This document shows positions 36,417 to 39,567 of a stretch of 39,567 nucleotides of DNA, piece by piece. This DNA is from an uncultured Thermodesulfobacteriota bacterium (GTDB lineage: Bacteria > Desulfobacterota > S145-22), in the NCBI GenBank assembly GCA_964556045.1, contig CAZKUZ010000023.1, forward strand, positions 1 through 39,567, given 5' to 3'. A program made the translations under genes and the position numbers. The notes beneath the pieces were generated by a model, which saw only the letters and a program-made list of their open reading frames with translations, did not search any database and had not been told where the DNA came from. The stretch's first letter is position 1. Each line of letters begins with the position of its first letter.

Positions 36417-39074
36417 TCACGACTCGATCTGCCGAAGCATCTCCCGGTTCCGCCTCAGCCTCTCCATGAGCGTGTTCAGGGTCTCCCGCTTTTCCCTCTC
36501 CTTGTCCACCACGTCCGCCGGCGCCTTTTCGAGAAAATTCTTGTTGCCCAGTTTCCGCTCGATCTGGAAGAGCTCCTTCTCGTGCTTGGCCAGCCGCTTC
36601 TCGATCCTCGCCAGCTCTCCGGCGATATCGACGATGCCCAGGATCGGCACGTAGATGTCGAAAGCCTCGAAGATGGCCGTGGCGGACCCCTTGGGGCGCT
36701 CGGCATCCCGGGCCACGGTGAGGGATTCGAGCCTCGCCAGGTCCTTGATGGTCTCCGCGTGGTCGTTCAGGAGGGCAACGACGGCCTCCTCGTGGACGTT
36801 CACCACGGCCGTGAGGAGCCGGGAAGGCGGAATCTCCATCTCGCCCCGGATGTTCCGGATCCCGGTGATGGCCTGGAGGACGAGTTCCATCTCCTCCGCC
36901 GCCTTGGTATCCACGAACGCCTCCTCGAAGGCGGGAAACGGGGCCTTCACGATGCTGACCCCCTCGTGGGGGATCCGCTGCCAGATCTCCTCCGTGATGT
37001 AGGGCATGAAGGGGTGGAGAAGCCGCATGGACTGGTCCAGGACGAAGTAGAGGGTGTTCCGGGTCTCTTCCAGCGCCTCCGGCTGCCGTTTCCCGTAGAG
37101 GATCGGCTTGATCAGCTCCAGGTACCAGTCGCAGAACCGGTGCCAGAAGAACTGGTAGAGCCCGCCCGCCGCCTCGTTGAAACGGTACTGGTCGATGGCC
37201 TCCGTCACGGCCTTGACGGTCTCGTTCAATTCGTGGAGGATCCAGCGGTTGTAGCGATGGGTCACGTTTCCGGCCCTGGGAATGTCCTGGAAATCCGGGC
37301 TGCTCTGGAAGATGAACCGGGCGGCGTTCCAGATCTTGTTGGCAAAGTTCCGGTAGCCCTCTATGCGATCCTCCGACAGGAGGATGTCCCGTCCCTGGGC
37401 GGCGAAGGCCGCCAGGGTGAAGCGAAAGGCGTCGGTTCCGAACTTGTCCATCATCACCAGGGGGTCGATCACGTTCCCCTTCGACTTGGACATCTTCTGG
37501 CCGTGGGCGTCCCGCACCAGGGCATGGATGTAGACATCCCGGAAGGGGACGTCCCCCATGAAGTGCAGCCCCATCATCATCATCCGCGCCACCCAGAAGA
37601 AGAGGATATCGAACCCCGTCACCAGGACGGAGGTGGGATAATAGACCTCCAGGTCCTTCGTCCGGTCCGGCCACCCCAGCGTGGAGAAGGGCCAGAGGGC
37701 CGAGCTGAACCAGGTGTCCAGGACGTCCGTCTCCTGCCAGAGGTTGGCGGAACCGCAGGCCGCGCAGGCCGTCACCTCGTCCCGCTCCACCGTGATGTGT
37801 CCGCAGTCGCGGCAGTACCAGGCGGGGATCCGGTGCCCCCACCAGATCTGGCGGGAGATACACCAGTCGCGGATGTTCTCCATCCAGTCGTAGTAAGTCT
37901 TCTCCCAGATGGGGGGGATGATCCGGGTGTCCCCCTTCCTCACCGCCTCGATGGCCTTCTCGGCCAAGGGCTTGATCTTCACGAACCACTGCTTGGAGAG
38001 GGACGGCTCGATCACCGTCTTGCAGCGATAACAGTGTCCCACCTGGTGTTCGTACGGTTCGATCTTGACGAGGTAGCCCTGGGCCTCCAGGTCCTTCACG
38101 ATCTTCTCGCGGCACTCGAACCGGTCGAGGCCCCGGTAGGCGGGTCCCGCCGCCTCGTTCATGCGGCCCTCGTCGTCGATGACCTTCACGGTCTCCAGGT
38201 GGTGGGTCTGTCCCAAAAGGAAGTCGTTCGGGTCGTGGGCGGGGGTCACCTTCAGGGCGCCGGTCCCGAACTCCACGTCCACGTAGCGGTCCCCGATGAT
38301 GGGAATTTCCCGGTCGACCAGGGGAAGGATGGCCGTCTTCCCGATGAGGTGCTTGTAACGCTCATCCGAGGGATTCACCGCCACCGCCGTGTCTCCCAGC
38401 ATGGTCTCGGGTCGCGTCGTCGCCACGATAAGTTCGCCCCCGTCTTTCAGGGGATACCGGATGTAGTAGAGGCGGCCGTCGTGGGGCTCGTGCTCCACCT
38501 CCAGGTCGGAAAGGGCCGTGTGGCAACGGGGGCACCAGTTGATGACGTAGTCCCCCCGGTAGATGAGTCCCTCGTGGTAGAGACGGTAGAAAACCTCCTT
38601 GACCGCCCGGGAAAGGCCCTCGTCCATGGTGAAACGCTCCCGGGACCAGTCACAGGAGGCCCCCAGGCGCTTCAACTGGTGGATGATGGTGCCGCCGGAC
38701 TCCTCCCGCCACTTCCAGACCCGCTCGATGAACTTCTCGCGCCCCAGATCGTGCCGCGTCTTACCCTCCTCGGCCAGCTGCCGCTCCACCACGTTCTGGG
38801 TGGCGATCCCCGCGTGGTCCATCCCCGGAACCCAGAGGGCGTTGTAGCCCTGCATCCGCTTGGTGCGTATCAGGATGTCCTGGAGGGTGTTGTTCAGGGC
38901 GTGCCCCATGTGGAGAGAGCCCGTCACGTTGGGCGGGGGAATCACGATGGAATAGGGCGGCGCGTCGCTCGTCTCGTCCGCCCTGAAGAGTTCGTGCTCC
39001 ATCCAGAAATCGTACCATTTACCCTCGACCGCCTTCGGGTCGTAAACCTTTTCCAACACAAGTTCTTCTTTCAT
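36417..39074 (-). CDS. valS: Valine--tRNA ligase
   Basis: The HIGH motif is [15 protein letters not shown] and the KMSKS motif is KMSKSKGN, with a C-terminal coiled coil. I prefer the start at the ATG at 39074 (MKEELVLEK...), after GAAGGA. The GTG at 39089 used by the track is also possible. Confidence 0.96.
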   Translation of the reverse strand: MKEELVLEKVYDPKAVEGKWYDFWMEHELFRADETSDAPPYSIVIPPPNVTGSLHMGHALNNTLQDILIRTKRMQGYNALWVPGMDHAGIATQNVVERQLAEEGKTRHDLGREKFIERVWKWREESGGTIIHQLKRLGASCDWSRERFTMDEGLSRAVKEVFYRLYHEGLIYRGDYVINWCPRCHTALSDLEVEHEPHDGRLYYIRYPLKDGGELIVATTRPETMLGDTAVAVNPSDERYKHLIGKTAILPLVDREIPIIGDRYVDVEFGTGALKVTPAHDPNDFLLGQTHHLETVKVIDDEGRMNEAAGPAYRGLDRFECREKIVKDLEAQGYLVKIEPYEHQVGHCYRCKTVIEPSLSKQWFVKIKPLAEKAIEAVRKGDTRIIPPIWEKTYYDWMENIRDWCISRQIWWGHRIPAWYCRDCGHITVERDEVTACAACGSANLWQETDVLDTWFSSALWPFSTLGWPDRTKDLEVYYPTSVLVTGFDILFFWVARMMMMGLHFMGDVPFRDVYIHALVRDAHGQKMSKSKGNVIDPLVMMDKFGTDAFRFTLAAFAAQGRDILLSEDRIEGYRNFANKIWNAARFIFQSSPDFQDIPRAGNVTHRYNRWILHELNETVKAVTEAIDQYRFNEAAGGLYQFFWHRFCDWYLELIKPILYGKRQPEALEETRNTLYFVLDQSMRLLHPFMPYITEEIWQRIPHEGVSIVKAPFPAFEEAFVDTKAAEEMELVLQAITGIRNIRGEMEIPPSRLLTAVVNVHEEAVVALLNDHAETIKDLARLESLTVARDAERPKGSATAIFEAFDIYVPILGIVDIAGELARIEKRLAKHEKELFQIERKLGNKNFLEKAPADVVDKEREKRETLNTLMERLRRNREMLRQIES

Positions 39075-39112
39075 TCCGCTGTCCTTCACATTTTTAGAAA
39101 AATCGCGGGCGT

Positions 39113-39141
39113 AGTCTACCTTTCATGGAAAGGAATTGCAA
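39113..39141 (-). promoter_or_regulatory. Candidate sigma-70 promoter of valS
   Basis: The minus strand reads TTGCAA-N17-TAGACT. Confidence 0.45.
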
Positions 39142-39418
39142 GGGCGTGTCGGGTTTCTCTCGCTTGTCCGGTTTATTTCCGTTGGCTGGGCTTACCCCGC
39201 CCTATCTCGCCGGGACGGCGCGGAGGAAGAATACAGGGTTTTAGGTTTTAAGTGGTTAAGTTTTAAGGAGATATGTGAATTGTAAAGATCAGGATAAAGC
39301 CCATTTTCACTCACGAGAAGAATATTCTTTCCTTCATACTTTGCTTATCACATTTCTTTTTAAGAGCTCAGAAACATACAAGCTGAGAGGCACCTAACAA
39401 AATCTATATTAATACCAC

Positions 39419-39447
39419 TTGACAAACATCACACTTAATGATATTAA
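39419..39447 (+). promoter_or_regulatory. Candidate sigma-70 promoter in the AT-rich right-edge region
   Basis: TTGACA-N17-TATTAA, about 95 nt upstream of the ATG at 39543. Confidence 0.4.
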
Positions 39448-39542
39448 TAGCAAAATTATAAGATAAACTTTTATAATGTAATTAACGGGAAGTATTGATG
39501 AAATTACTCAACATAAAAAACTTATACTAAGGGAGGAATAAT

Positions 39543-39567
39543 ATGTATTTGGAAAAAGCTATAAAGA
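39543..39567 (+). CDS. 5' end of an unidentified plus-strand gene, cut by the window edge
   Basis: AAGGGAGGA lies 7 nt before the ATG, and the visible product is MYLEKAIK... Only 8 codons are visible, and their A/T-rich codon usage is unlike the rest of the window. Confidence 0.3.

Noticed and set aside
39090-39240. A possible T-box leader, tRNA gene or tRNA fragment (island attachment site) between valS and the AT-rich block.
   Set aside because: I saw no T-box sequence, specifier-loop architecture, T-loop (GTTCGAATC-like) or cloverleaf, only a plausible sigma-70 promoter and short weak hairpins.
36582-39251. An 889-aa ORF on the plus strand lies exactly opposite valS. Similar long antisense ORFs lie opposite groEL (2305..3903), the CoA-transferase/GNAT gene (8061..10301), the two ligases (5172..6680, 6932..8371), gatA (33218..34261), the DUF294 gene (34985..36124) and others.
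   Set aside because: Their products are low-complexity Arg/Gly/Pro/His/Asp/Leu-rich strings with no recognisable motifs. The opposite strand encodes textbook proteins in every case. Long stop-free antisense frames are expected in GC-rich genomes with strong third-position bias.

Overview
This is a GC-rich, densely packed chromosomal segment of 39.6 kb with about 42 protein-coding genes, almost all recognisable housekeeping or envelope functions.

Gene content, left to right:
- A Zn/Mn-type metal ABC importer (permease cut by the left edge, ATPase, binding protein).
- groES-groEL with a CIRCE operator and a consensus promoter.
- A SYLF-domain protein.
- A three-gene acyl-CoA cluster: a CoA-transferase/GNAT fusion, a FadD-like ligase and a PaaK-like ligase.
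- A low-GC gap of about 1 kb holding three separately promoted small genes, including an FmdB zinc ribbon.
- A long minus-strand phosphate operon: phoU-pstS-pstC-pstA-pstB'-pstB, followed by a Cys-rich mini-protein and an Asp/Glu-racemase-family gene.
- An MBL-fold hydrolase with a VanZ protein, then an MscS channel.
- A 57-aa 2x[4Fe-4S] ferredoxin that is missing from the ORF track.
- An ECF sigma / anti-sigma pair.
- A GT39 glycosyltransferase, a PAS histidine kinase and a sigma-54 response regulator.
- Glutamate formimidoyltransferase, tetraheme cytochrome c3, cobU and cbiB/cobD.
- lptF and lptG, a YbgC-type thioesterase and a FabH-like KAS III.
- On the minus strand: valS, a DUF294 nucleotidyltransferase, a CBS protein, gatC and gatA.

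I found no rRNA, tRNA, CRISPR array, transposase, integrase or recognisable defence gene. The gene content (cytochrome c3, sigma-54 regulator, LptFG, GatCA) suggests an anaerobic Gram-negative organism of deltaproteobacterial / Thermodesulfobacteriota type. That is inference only.

I do not see a convincing multi-gene novel system inside the window. The best leads are:
1. The CoA-transferase-GNAT fusion heading two adenylate-forming ligases, which could be a Pat-like acetyltransferase.
2. A promoter- and SD-equipped 30-codon membrane ORF whose TGA is in frame with 18 more codons and is followed by a hairpin, so either a selenoprotein or a coupled peptide.
3. A degenerate second PstB and unusual extra genes at the tail of the pst operon.
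4. An abrupt drop to about 29% GC over the last 330 bp, where a new plus-strand gene begins. If an accessory island exists, it lies mostly beyond the right edge.

The many long antisense ORFs in the track are compositional artefacts.
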